Source of the DNA: an uncultured Candidatus Saccharibacteria bacterium
GTDB lineage: Bacteria > Patescibacteriota > Minisyncoccia > Phycocordibacterales > CAIZLB01
Direction of reading: 5' to 3'
Assembly (NCBI GenBank): GCA_964607805.1
Contig: CAZSLF010000001.1
Location: 78,613 to 142,612, forward strand
DNA: 64,000 nt
Position numbers and translations under genes: made by a program. Positions 38,718 to 47,800 of the stretch are shown in pieces. The notes under the pieces are model-generated. The model was not told the origin of the DNA, searched no databases, and saw nothing but the letters and a program-made list of their open reading frames with translations. Numbering within the stretch: the stretch's first letter is position 1; every line of letters begins with the position of its first letter.

Positions 38718-39230
38718 TCAACCCTTGAGAGGGGCGCCTTCGGCGCCCCTTTTTTCAATATACAAAAAATCTTTTTCACTAACTGGCTGAATAGAAAGTC
38801 GCATGCCTTTTTTAGCAACTAGAATTCCTGCAAGCTTCGGATCATTTTTAATTTCCGAAAGTGGCACTAGGCGCGGAAACTTTTTTACAAATTTAATATC
38901 AACCAAATCCCAGATAATTTTAGGGTTCTTCTCAAAATAATCACTTTTCTTATCGCGGGCTGTAGGATCAGGATATGGCTTACTAGCGACCTTCGCAATT
39001 CCTGCCGCACCAATATCTTTAGCCTCCTTCGCACTTGAGTGATAAAACAAACATAAATCCCCGACTTTCATACTATCTCGCATATAGTTTCGGGCCTGAT
39101 AGTTTCTAATTCCAGTCCAAGGTGTGCTGCCGTCGGTCTTGAGGTGATCGATAGAATATGTAGTAGGTTCTGATTTAATTAACCAATACTTTTTTTCACC
39201 AGTTTGTTTTTTGTTTGCAGGACTTTCCAT
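38718..39230 (-). CDS. EVE (PUA-like) domain protein
   Basis: 170 aa. YWLIKSEPTTYSIDHL...WTGIRNYQARNYMRDSMKVGDLCLFYHS. Confidence 0.8.
   Translation of the reverse strand: MESPANKKQTGEKKYWLIKSEPTTYSIDHLKTDGSTPWTGIRNYQARNYMRDSMKVGDLCLFYHSSAKEAKDIGAAGIAKVASKPYPDPTARDKKSDYFEKNPKIIWDLVDIKFVKKFPRLVPLSEIKNDPKLAGILVAKKGMRLSIQPVSEKDFLYIEKRGAEGAPLKG
38730..38755 (+). terminator. plus-strand intrinsic terminator of islet F, embedded in the 3' end of the EVE gene
   Basis: aggggcgcc / ttc / ggcgcccct followed by ttttt. The T tract is present only on the plus strand. Confidence 0.7.
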
Positions 39231-39246
39231 TATCCAAAAATTAATA

Positions 39247-39837
39247 TTAAAACTTCCTAATCACAGCCCTCACAACCGCACGAATATCTAACTCATATTC
39301 AGGATATATATTCTTATAATTTTCGTTTGCAGGTTCTAGGTATGTTTTGCCACTTTTATCCTGTCTATAATATTTCATAGTCCAACCGCCGTCGACCAAA
39401 GCAACAACTATCTCACCTAACTTTGGCTTATCTGTTCGCTCAACCAAAACCATATCACCTTCTGTTATATGCGCTTCAATCATAGAATCACCCTTAACCT
39501 CTAGCATAAAAGTTTCGCCCTTAACGTCACCCAATAAGAACTCCTCAACACTTGTATTGTCCAAAAAATCTGTACCTGTACTAGCCTCAGCTGCAGTTGG
39601 AATACCCGCTTCAACTACACCGAGCATTGGTACATCACCAAAAAAAGACCTCATGGATAATTTTCCACGACTGTCTTTTTCAAAAATGCCCTCATCTACT
39701 AATTTAGTTATTAATTTAAAGACGGCATTTTTAGATTTGAAACCTGTAAGAGTCTGAAATTCCTTATAACCTGGGACACGGCGCGTCTCTCTACAGAATT
39801 CCATTATTTTCTTTTTATACGATTCAAAGTCTGTCAT
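39247..39837 (-). CDS. lexA: LexA repressor
   Basis: 196 aa. N-terminal winged helix, cleavage site VEAG, S24 peptidase motifs VKGDSM and TMKYY. Confidence 0.9.
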   Translation of the reverse strand: MTDFESYKKKIMEFCRETRRVPGYKEFQTLTGFKSKNAVFKLITKLVDEGIFEKDSRGKLSMRSFFGDVPMLGVVEAGIPTAAEASTGTDFLDNTSVEEFLLGDVKGETFMLEVKGDSMIEAHITEGDMVLVERTDKPKLGEIVVALVDGGWTMKYYRQDKSGKTYLEPANENYKNIYPEYELDIRAVVRAVIRKF

Positions 39838-39887
39838 AAATTTGTTCTAGTTTGAAGCACTTAGCGCGCTCACAATCTGATTATATC

Positions 39888-40079
39888 CTAGAACAGTGCA
39901 TATGTAAGTGTTCGCGCAATTGAGGCATCGCTTTCAAGTCTTCGAAGCTTGTGCACCAATTCTCGATGATGTCGCGCTTCTCTTTCATATCTCTGGCCTT
40001 TCATAATCTTCTTATCAATTTTGCTATTTAGCTTACTAATTTCTTTGCCGATCATAAACATAAGTGTAATCTTTGTCAT
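39888..40079 (-). CDS. hypothetical 63-aa protein, first gene of the SOS-box-controlled transcript
   Basis: ORF between the SOS promoter and lexA. Short hydrophobic N-terminus, basic helical remainder. Confidence 0.45.
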   Translation of the reverse strand: MTKITLMFMIGKEISKLNSKIDKKIMKGQRYEREARHHRELVHKLRRLESDASIARTLTYALF

Positions 40080-40195
40080 ATTATTTTTTGGGTTTTATTT
40101 AAGTTTTATTAATTCTTAATCTAAATTTTATTTTAATTTTAGATAATGGTTTTGGGTTGGATACTCAAGCGTTTTTACTATTTCTGGATGTTTTT

Positions 40196-40224
40196 ATTAT
40201 AGGTGAACCATGGTTCACCGTCAA
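40196..40224 (-). promoter_or_regulatory. sigma70-type promoter with a perfect LexA (GAAC-N4-GTTC) box in the spacer
   Basis: Minus strand reads TTGACG gtGAACcatgGTTCacc TATAAT (-35 rc of 40219-40224, -10 rc of 40196-40201). The box is part of the 18-bp palindrome at 40202-40219. Confidence 0.8.
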
Positions 40225-40247
40225 CACTTAGTCTGTGGATAAGTAGA

Positions 40248-40306
40248 AAATTATAGTATCTTCCTCTGCTACGCTTCGCTATTCGCATAGGAAGATACTA
40301 TAATTT
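40248..40306. other. 18-bp perfect hairpin with a 23-nt loop (hairpin 1)
   Basis: aaattatagtatcttcct / ctgctacgcttcgctattcgcat / aggaagatactataattt, 24 nt upstream of the SOS promoter -35. Confidence 0.8.
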
Positions 40307-40424
40307 CCCACTCATTCACTTCCTAGTCACAACTAAATTGCATTTAAAAATTTACAATTAATGCACCTCAAATTAAAGAATCCATATCGATAACTTCACC
40401 CTACTCACACTCACCACCCCAAGT

Positions 40425-40499
40425 CTGAATAACAAATATAAATACCCTCTATGCGCATAGCGAAGCGTAGCAGAGAGGGTATTTATATTTGTTATTCAG
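40425..40499. terminator. 26-bp perfect hairpin with a 23-nt loop (hairpin 2), directly after the stop of the 916-aa gene
   Basis: ctgaataacaaatataaataccctct / atgcgcatagcgaagcgtagcag / agagggtatttatatttgttattcag. The loop is the reverse complement of the hairpin 1 loop (22 of 23). Confidence 0.7.
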
Positions 40500-40500
40500 T

Positions 40501-43251
40501 TTACCAGTTCCCCGCACCCTTTGGATTTGTTCCCGCACGGAGCTCCTCGTAATCTGATTTTTTGTCACCATCTGTATCACTCTTATTCGGATCTGTTCCT
40601 ATATAAATTTCTAGATCATTTGAAAGTCTGTCTTTATCAGTGTCGATTTTTTTATTTGCTCCGGCTTGTATTGATTCATCTTTTTCTGTGGCGGTGTTTA
40701 CTCCATTTACAAAAGGTAAACCAAAAATAGTAACTTTATCACCGTAATAATCACCCATACCGTACTCATACATAAGCGTATAACTACTTTTAGGCACAGA
40801 TGGTAATTTCATATCATAAACTAATTCATAACTAGAATTACTTATACGTTTATATACAATATTTTGTCCTGGTTGTGAAGAAAATGCGTTTTTCAAACTA
40901 CCTCCATAAATTGGACGTGTGGATGTAGAGAATTGATATCGATAAAAGTAATCATCATCTCCGCTTCCTTTAAATATATCTTTAAATGTGCTGCTAGCTA
41001 TCACCAAATCAGCAGTAGATCTTTCCAAATCTTCAAGAGTCAAAGGAAGTGTTCCTGAATATCGCGTATATTCCCTAATTCCACTTTGAATATTTAAAAT
41101 ACGTGAACGTTGTTGTTCATACAAAATATCATCCTTACTCTTACCTGTAACTTGAGAATATGCATCAATATATGGCAATGGATTCTCTGGAGCCACCACA
41201 TCATTATTTCCATTTACATTACTTAAAGAAATTCTAAAATTTGTTTCAAGTTGTTTTTTGAGAGTATTTCCCTTTGGTGCAGTCTTATTAAACACATCAA
41301 TATATGCCGGCAAACCCTTTGTATCCACACCAACTAATGTTTTTGTATGGTCACGGAAATAGTTGAAATAATATGCGAACTTTTCACTTTTAAGTTCCTT
41401 AAGATCTTCAGCATTTTGAACTGCATTTCCTTGTAATATTGCTTCATCTCCAAATTGAGATTTGAGATGAGCTGGAAGACCTTCAACAAATGCAATAAGA
41501 TTATTCAAATTTGGCTTTACTTCATATTCATATATCACTCGCTTATCTGCACCAACTATTTTTACTGGCTCGCCAATAACTTCAAGAACCTGCTTTTGAT
41601 TTGCAAATTCTAAAATAGCTACATATTGCTTTTTTAAGTCTTTCTTATCAGTATCACCAGTTCCACCTATGTCATCACTTCCGATATCAAATATTGAAAA
41701 ATAATCTCCCAAAGAATCCTGTACATCTTCTTCGGTTATAGAAATCCATTTGTCCTTAATTGTTGATAAGTCCATGAAAAAAGCTGGGAATGTATTCACT
41801 CGCACATAAAAATTATCAGCTAATTTTATAGACTCAATATCGACAGCGATACTTACACCATCACCTGTATAATCTGCTTTCACTCCAAACTTTCCGTCAT
41901 TTGAATTTCCTTTTTTATTATAAATTCCTGAAATAGATGAACTAAACTTAGCATCCGATGGAATCATAGACATGATATCTTCACTCGAATCATATAGTGA
42001 ACTTGAATAGCCTGGGCTGAAATTGTCGTCTAACCCTGAACCCGAATCAATATCTGGGAATTTATCAAAATCTACTTCGACAACACCTGCTTCCATAGGT
42101 GCAGTTTTGAAAGACATCGAAGCTTCATATGCAGCAGTATCAACAGAAGCTATACTTTTGGCAAAACCTTCTATGAAGTTTTCTTTTGAAAATGGCGCCT
42201 GCACGAATAAATAAACTCCATGAACATATTTAATATATGCAAATCCTAATCCGCCAATACATCCCAAGATAACTATGAGCCAAATTATCATCTTAACTGC
42301 CCCACCACTATTTTGTGCCTTTACGCTTTGCGTCGGTGCCGCAACAGGCGTCACAATTGGTGCAGGAGATCCGTATGCTGAATTAGTTGGCGGTATTTGA
42401 TTCTGAGTCTGTGTTGTACCAGAACTTTGTGGCAAAGGAGACTCAGAGATACCAGCCATTTTTGCACCTCTTAACCTTGCAACAGCTTCAGCCTGCGCAG
42501 GTGTCATAGTGGGTATTGCAGTACTAGCTATCTGACCCACGCTCATATTATTTGCTTCAATACTGGCTTTATTTGCAGATTTCGTTGCATTTCCAATTTC
42601 TTCTGCCCATCCGACAGGAATACGAGATTCTTTAACTGCTGAAGACGCAGAAACAGACGCAGCCGCAGGTCCAACTGCAGGTGTAGTCGAAGGCGGATTA
42701 TCTCCCATAATATCTTTATATGAAAAATTAGGTTTAAGAGAAGGGACCGGAGCGCCGAAGTTATCCGCGGGGATACTAATAGAAATTGGCGATTGTGCCG
42801 CTGATGGCCCCAATGTAGGCACAGAAGCCGGCGTAACCACAGACACTGGTGCAGGTGCCGCTGTATAAGTCGGCACCGAAATCGCAGGAGAAGGAGGTGT
42901 GGGAGGATTCGAAGATATAGATTGTACTTTCTGTTGTACTTGCTCGAAAGTTGGATACGGAATTGTATTAGTGATCAACTCCTCTGGCTGTTTTTCAATA
43001 ACCCTTGTCGCAGCGGGCGAACTTGAAGATGTTGAAGAACTAATCGGCGCGGACTGTGTTAAAGGTGCAGAAGCAATTGGCGAAGTAGCAGAGATTTCAG
43101 GTGTTGGTGTGACGCCATTTATTTCTCTAAATGTTTTTTCTATTTCGTCTATATTCCATCCATCTTTTAGAAGATAAATTTTAATAGACTTATCCGTTAT
43201 TCCCGGATTATAACTTTTTAAAGAGCGAATATACTCACTGAGACTTGGCAT
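40501..43251 (-). CDS. hypothetical large single-pass membrane protein with Pro/Ser/Ala-rich region and C-terminal Ca-binding-type Asp repeats
   Basis: 916 aa. TM at VKMIIWLIVILGCIGGLGFAYI. C-terminus DTDKDRLSNDLE...DPNKSDTDGDKKSDYEE (thrombospondin type 3-like). Confidence 0.7.
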   Translation of the reverse strand: MPSLSEYIRSLKSYNPGITDKSIKIYLLKDGWNIDEIEKTFREINGVTPTPEISATSPIASAPLTQSAPISSSTSSSSPAATRVIEKQPEELITNTIPYPTFEQVQQKVQSISSNPPTPPSPAISVPTYTAAPAPVSVVTPASVPTLGPSAAQSPISISIPADNFGAPVPSLKPNFSYKDIMGDNPPSTTPAVGPAAASVSASSAVKESRIPVGWAEEIGNATKSANKASIEANNMSVGQIASTAIPTMTPAQAEAVARLRGAKMAGISESPLPQSSGTTQTQNQIPPTNSAYGSPAPIVTPVAAPTQSVKAQNSGGAVKMIIWLIVILGCIGGLGFAYIKYVHGVYLFVQAPFSKENFIEGFAKSIASVDTAAYEASMSFKTAPMEAGVVEVDFDKFPDIDSGSGLDDNFSPGYSSSLYDSSEDIMSMIPSDAKFSSSISGIYNKKGNSNDGKFGVKADYTGDGVSIAVDIESIKLADNFYVRVNTFPAFFMDLSTIKDKWISITEEDVQDSLGDYFSIFDIGSDDIGGTGDTDKKDLKKQYVAILEFANQKQVLEVIGEPVKIVGADKRVIYEYEVKPNLNNLIAFVEGLPAHLKSQFGDEAILQGNAVQNAEDLKELKSEKFAYYFNYFRDHTKTLVGVDTKGLPAYIDVFNKTAPKGNTLKKQLETNFRISLSNVNGNNDVVAPENPLPYIDAYSQVTGKSKDDILYEQQRSRILNIQSGIREYTRYSGTLPLTLEDLERSTADLVIASSTFKDIFKGSGDDDYFYRYQFSTSTRPIYGGSLKNAFSSQPGQNIVYKRISNSSYELVYDMKLPSVPKSSYTLMYEYGMGDYYGDKVTIFGLPFVNGVNTATEKDESIQAGANKKIDTDKDRLSNDLEIYIGTDPNKSDTDGDKKSDYEELRAGTNPKGAGNW

Positions 43252-43346
43252 ATACGATCTATTCTAACAGATAAACTTTTTACATTCCAATTATTTATGC
43301 ACCTTCTATTTTTTTGCACATGATTCGCAAACAATTCGCGCCAATT

Positions 43347-44777
43347 TTAGAAAATGGCCAAAAGAGTTGCAATCGCAACCACAGACATAACAATAACAAC
43401 GAACCATCCAATAGTTTTTTGAAGTGTGGAGCTTGCATGGTTACCCATTATCTCCTTTTTACTACTCAACAAAACAATAAACACTAAAACAACTGGTGCC
43501 ACAATACAATTTAATATTGCTGAATATATCAAAGCTTTAATTGGATCTAGTCCGATAAAATTAAGTAGGAGCCCAACAACCATAGAAACAATAATCACCC
43601 CATAAAAAGCATATGCTTCACGAAACTTATGATGCAAGCCCGAAACCCAATGAAAACTTTCAGCAATTGCATATGAAGTTGACCCTGCAAGAATTGGCAC
43701 AGCCAGTAGCCCTGTTCCTATAATCCCAACCGCAAATAGTAAGTATGCGAAGCGACCAGCCAAAGGTTCAAGTGCTCGTGCAGCATCTGCGGCTGTGTTT
43801 ATATCCGTAATACCGTTTGCATGCAAAGTAGCAGAACAAACAATAATTATGAAAAACATTACAAGATTCGATATAAACATACCAGTCCATACATCGAGTC
43901 GCATATCTTTGATCTCAGATTTCGATACTGTATTTATCTCGTCGCGATCAGAACTGTCGACAGTTCTGTAACCGACAGAATTTATATTTATACCTCCACC
44001 AACACTCTCACCTACACTATTATGTAAAAATTTTTCCTCAACTTCTTGTGAGGTTTGCCAAAAGAAAAGATATGGGGAAATGGTTGTTCCCAGAATCGCC
44101 GCAATTATCAAAAGGCTTTCGCGATTAAATTCAAATCTTGGTACAAAAGTACTCTTCAAAATTTCTGGCCAATCAAGATTGATTGTAAAAGCAGTAATAA
44201 TATAAGCGAATAGGATAAGTGCTAGCCATTTTAAATATCCTGCATATGTTTTATAACTTGTAAAAATTTGCAGAACTAAACTAAAAACAGTAAAAAATAT
44301 TACCAGCGCTATGAAAGGAAAATTTGGAAACAATAATCTAGTTGCTTCGGCCATTGCACCGAGGTCGGCACCGATATTAAAAGTATTTGCAGCAAACAGG
44401 AGAAAAGTGAGTGATACTAAAAGCCATTTTGGATAATGAATCCTAATATTCGCCGCCAACCCTTTATTTGTCACCAACCCAATTCGCGCGCACATCTCCT
44501 GAACAACTGCCATAAGCGGATATGTGACGATTGCCATAAAGCTCATATGCAAACCAAATTTTGCACCTGTTTGAGAGTATGTAGCAATTCCAGAAGGATC
44601 GTCGTCTGCTGCACCAGTTGTAAGTCCAGGACCCAATTTTTTCCAATATTCCTGTGTTGCCTTTTCTGCTGATTTCTCAGCTCTTCTGATTCTCCGTATA
44701 GCAAAAACTGGAGCCCTAGAAAGATTGTGTACTCTAGACGAAATAATCTTATAATGAATCTTTTTCCAGAAAGCCAT
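43347..44777 (-). CDS. NRAMP family divalent metal transporter
   Basis: 476 aa. GPGLTTGAADDDPSGIATYSQTGAKFG signature, polytopic. Confidence 0.85.
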   Translation of the reverse strand: MAFWKKIHYKIISSRVHNLSRAPVFAIRRIRRAEKSAEKATQEYWKKLGPGLTTGAADDDPSGIATYSQTGAKFGLHMSFMAIVTYPLMAVVQEMCARIGLVTNKGLAANIRIHYPKWLLVSLTFLLFAANTFNIGADLGAMAEATRLLFPNFPFIALVIFFTVFSLVLQIFTSYKTYAGYLKWLALILFAYIITAFTINLDWPEILKSTFVPRFEFNRESLLIIAAILGTTISPYLFFWQTSQEVEEKFLHNSVGESVGGGININSVGYRTVDSSDRDEINTVSKSEIKDMRLDVWTGMFISNLVMFFIIIVCSATLHANGITDINTAADAARALEPLAGRFAYLLFAVGIIGTGLLAVPILAGSTSYAIAESFHWVSGLHHKFREAYAFYGVIIVSMVVGLLLNFIGLDPIKALIYSAILNCIVAPVVLVFIVLLSSKKEIMGNHASSTLQKTIGWFVVIVMSVVAIATLLAIF

Positions 44778-44834
44778 AATATTGCACTAAGTATACCAGA
44801 ACCTTATTTGCTACAAAGTATACAGCTGTAACTT

Positions 44835-47800
44835 CTATTGATTTATTCTAGCTCTAGTGACTGGTCCGAAATATCCTTGAGCAGGTGAAATATTATTTGC
44901 CTGTTGATATTTAGCTAGTGCAGCACGTGTAGCAGAACCAAAATATGTAGACTCGTTTCCTGGTGATCCAGCACCAGAAGTGCTGACAGGAAAACCTTTT
45001 AAGTTCAAAATTTTCTGTAGCTGACGGACCTCTTCGCCCTCTGATCCGATTGTAAGATCATTTACAAATATTGAAGGATGCATTGTCGGAGACCCGGAAT
45101 TTAAATCTGCGTTTGATTGAGTATTTAAAGGTTGGACTGAAAAGATTTCTAATATTCTAGCTCTAGTGACTGGTCCGAAATATCCTTGAGCCGGACTGAC
45201 ACCGTTTTGAGCTTGCCACTTAGCTAAAGCTGCTCTTGTTGCGGGACCAAAATATGTGGACTCGTTTCCTGGTGATCCAGCACCAGAAGTGCTGACAGGA
45301 AAACCTTGTGAATTAAGGAATTTTTGAAGTTCTAGAACGTCATTGCCTGCAACTCCTAGTGTAATATTTCTTGTGAACACTGTACCCAGGGCTTGCAAAG
45401 TCTGAGTGGAAGTAATTGGCGTAGTAGCACCAATACTTGAACCACTTGTCCCTGTACATCTCTGACCAGTCCTTGAGCTGAATATCTCACCAGGTGAGCA
45501 AACAACTTGTTGAGGGGCCGCCACAGAAGTAACGACACCTGAATATCCTCCTCCACCACCACCTCCACCGCCACTACTACTTCCTGATGCTTCTGCAAAT
45601 ACCCAATTTGTATTACCACCTCCGTTTATGCATGATATACAAGTTACCGAAGAAACTGAATTAGAATTTTTTACATTTAAGTAAGAAAGAGTCTCTGTTC
45701 CTTGCGGGTCAACATACCAAGTTGTTGGTATTGAAAACTTTTTAATTTTGAATCCGGCTGAATCAGCTACTAATAAATTTTGACTTACAGTATCAAATAC
45801 TAACCCTTTCGGTTGGTTAAATTCATTGTCTAGAGAACCAAAACTTCCAAACTGAGACAAATAATTTCCATCTGAATCAAATCTTTGGATATTATTATTA
45901 CCATAATCTACAACAATTACATTTCCTAAAGTATCGATAACTAAACTTGCAGGTCCATTTAATTGACCTTCTCCTGAACCAGCATTTCCACCTCGACAAT
46001 TTGATAAACATACCTCAGACTGGTTAGTTCCTGTTCTAACACCCCAACCCCAAGTTCTCATGAAATTTTTATCTGAGTCAAATTTCTGAATTCGTACACC
46101 AGAAATATCAGCTACATAAATATTCCCTTCAGAATCAAAATCAATACCATAAGCTCCGTAGTAAAATTGACCATCTTCAGTACCTTCAGCACCCCAACGA
46201 CTTACGAAATTACCGTTAGTATCAAATTCAATAATTGAATCAAAAGGATCAGTTGATTCAGCATTTTGAGTGACATATAGATTACCGTTTGGTCCAATTT
46301 TGATTACTGCAGGACCCCACATCATACCATCAACATCTCGGGAATCGTCAGATATACCTATCTGACATGAGGATGTACAAGTCTCGAATTCATCACCTCC
46401 TGTTGCAACTCCCCATCCCCACATCTTTATAAAATTATGGCTTGAATCAAATTTTTGAATACGCTCATTTCTATTGTCAGCAATATATATATTTCCAGAA
46501 GAATCAATAGCAATACCGATAGGGGTGTCGAACTGATTTTCTGCTGTACCAAAACTTCCAAACTGAGACAAATAATTTCCGCTTGAATCAAATTTTTGAA
46601 CTCGATTATTTGCAGTATCAACTACATAAATATTTCCAGATGCGTCATAGCCTACGCCTTGAGCTCCATCAAATTGACCATTACCAGTTCCATTTTCTCC
46701 AAAAGATTGAGAAAAATTTGGATTATTATCGGTAGAATAATTTACAGTTAGTAGTCCGCCTGATACACCAGACAAATTTAGATTATTTATTACTGTTGTA
46801 GTAGAAGCCAAATACAATGTATCAGCTGCACTTACATTTTTAACTAAATTATAAAAAGTATTTACACCAGTTATGCGTTGACCTGAACCAGTCAAGGTTA
46901 CGGTTCCAGTATTTGCATCCAGCGAGCCATAGTTTTTAAAATTTCCAGCAACAGATAGCGTATATGCACCAAGTGCAACAGTGCCTCCGGATTTAATTAA
47001 TACATCCTTAGCAGATGAGTCTGAATTTAAAGTAACTGTGTGGAAAATATTTACATCAAAAGAAGAATTAGGATAGTCAATCCCTGCTACACCAGGCGAA
47101 TCATTACCCCAAGTACTTCCATCATTCCAATTACCAGATCGGACAGAAGTAAAATCTTCAGGTGTAGTAAATTGAGCATCATCGCCAGATCCAGTACCTA
47201 GAGAGTTGATTGAATAAGCCATATAGTGATAGGTTGTTCCTGGTGTAAGTGAGCTCAGGTTCGCACTAAAACTACCTGCTGCAAAATCACCTAATTCTTC
47301 TGTTGTAGCGCCATAGCTATCCGTTTCTCCCCAATAAAAACCACGAGAAGTGGCCGGCAATCCGCCTAGCGAACTAATAGTACCGTAGAGAGTTGACTTA
47401 TGCGGACTAGACGTTGAGGCTGTGCCTGTGGTTATTGTTGGAACTGCGAGTGGGAGTGTTGTAAATGAAGCAATATTTCCATATCCAGTCCCTTCTGAAT
47501 TAGTGGCGTAGGATTTAAAATAATAAGTCGTGTCAGCGGTTAAACCCGTTAGATTACTTAAAAAAGTTGTTGTGGTGCTGATTGCACCAATTGTAGTTGT
47601 CGCTATTGTAATTGATAGGTCAGACGAAGTACCATAAACAAAACCATGTTGAGTCACTGTTGTGGTTCCCAGGTCTAATAAATTTGCATTTAGTGTTGCT
47701 GTATCCTGAGTCAAAGATGAGGCTGCGGAAGTTGTAGATATTGGATACGGTACGTATATAAATCTTTGTATTCTATAATTATTTCTATCAGATATGTACA

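Noticed and set aside
40248-40499. Annotating the paired hairpins as a confirmed invertible DNA switch or a MITE
   Set aside because: There is no recombinase or transposase in the window, no terminal inverted repeats at the outer borders, no target-site duplication and only one orientation observable. It is reported only as a hypothesis.
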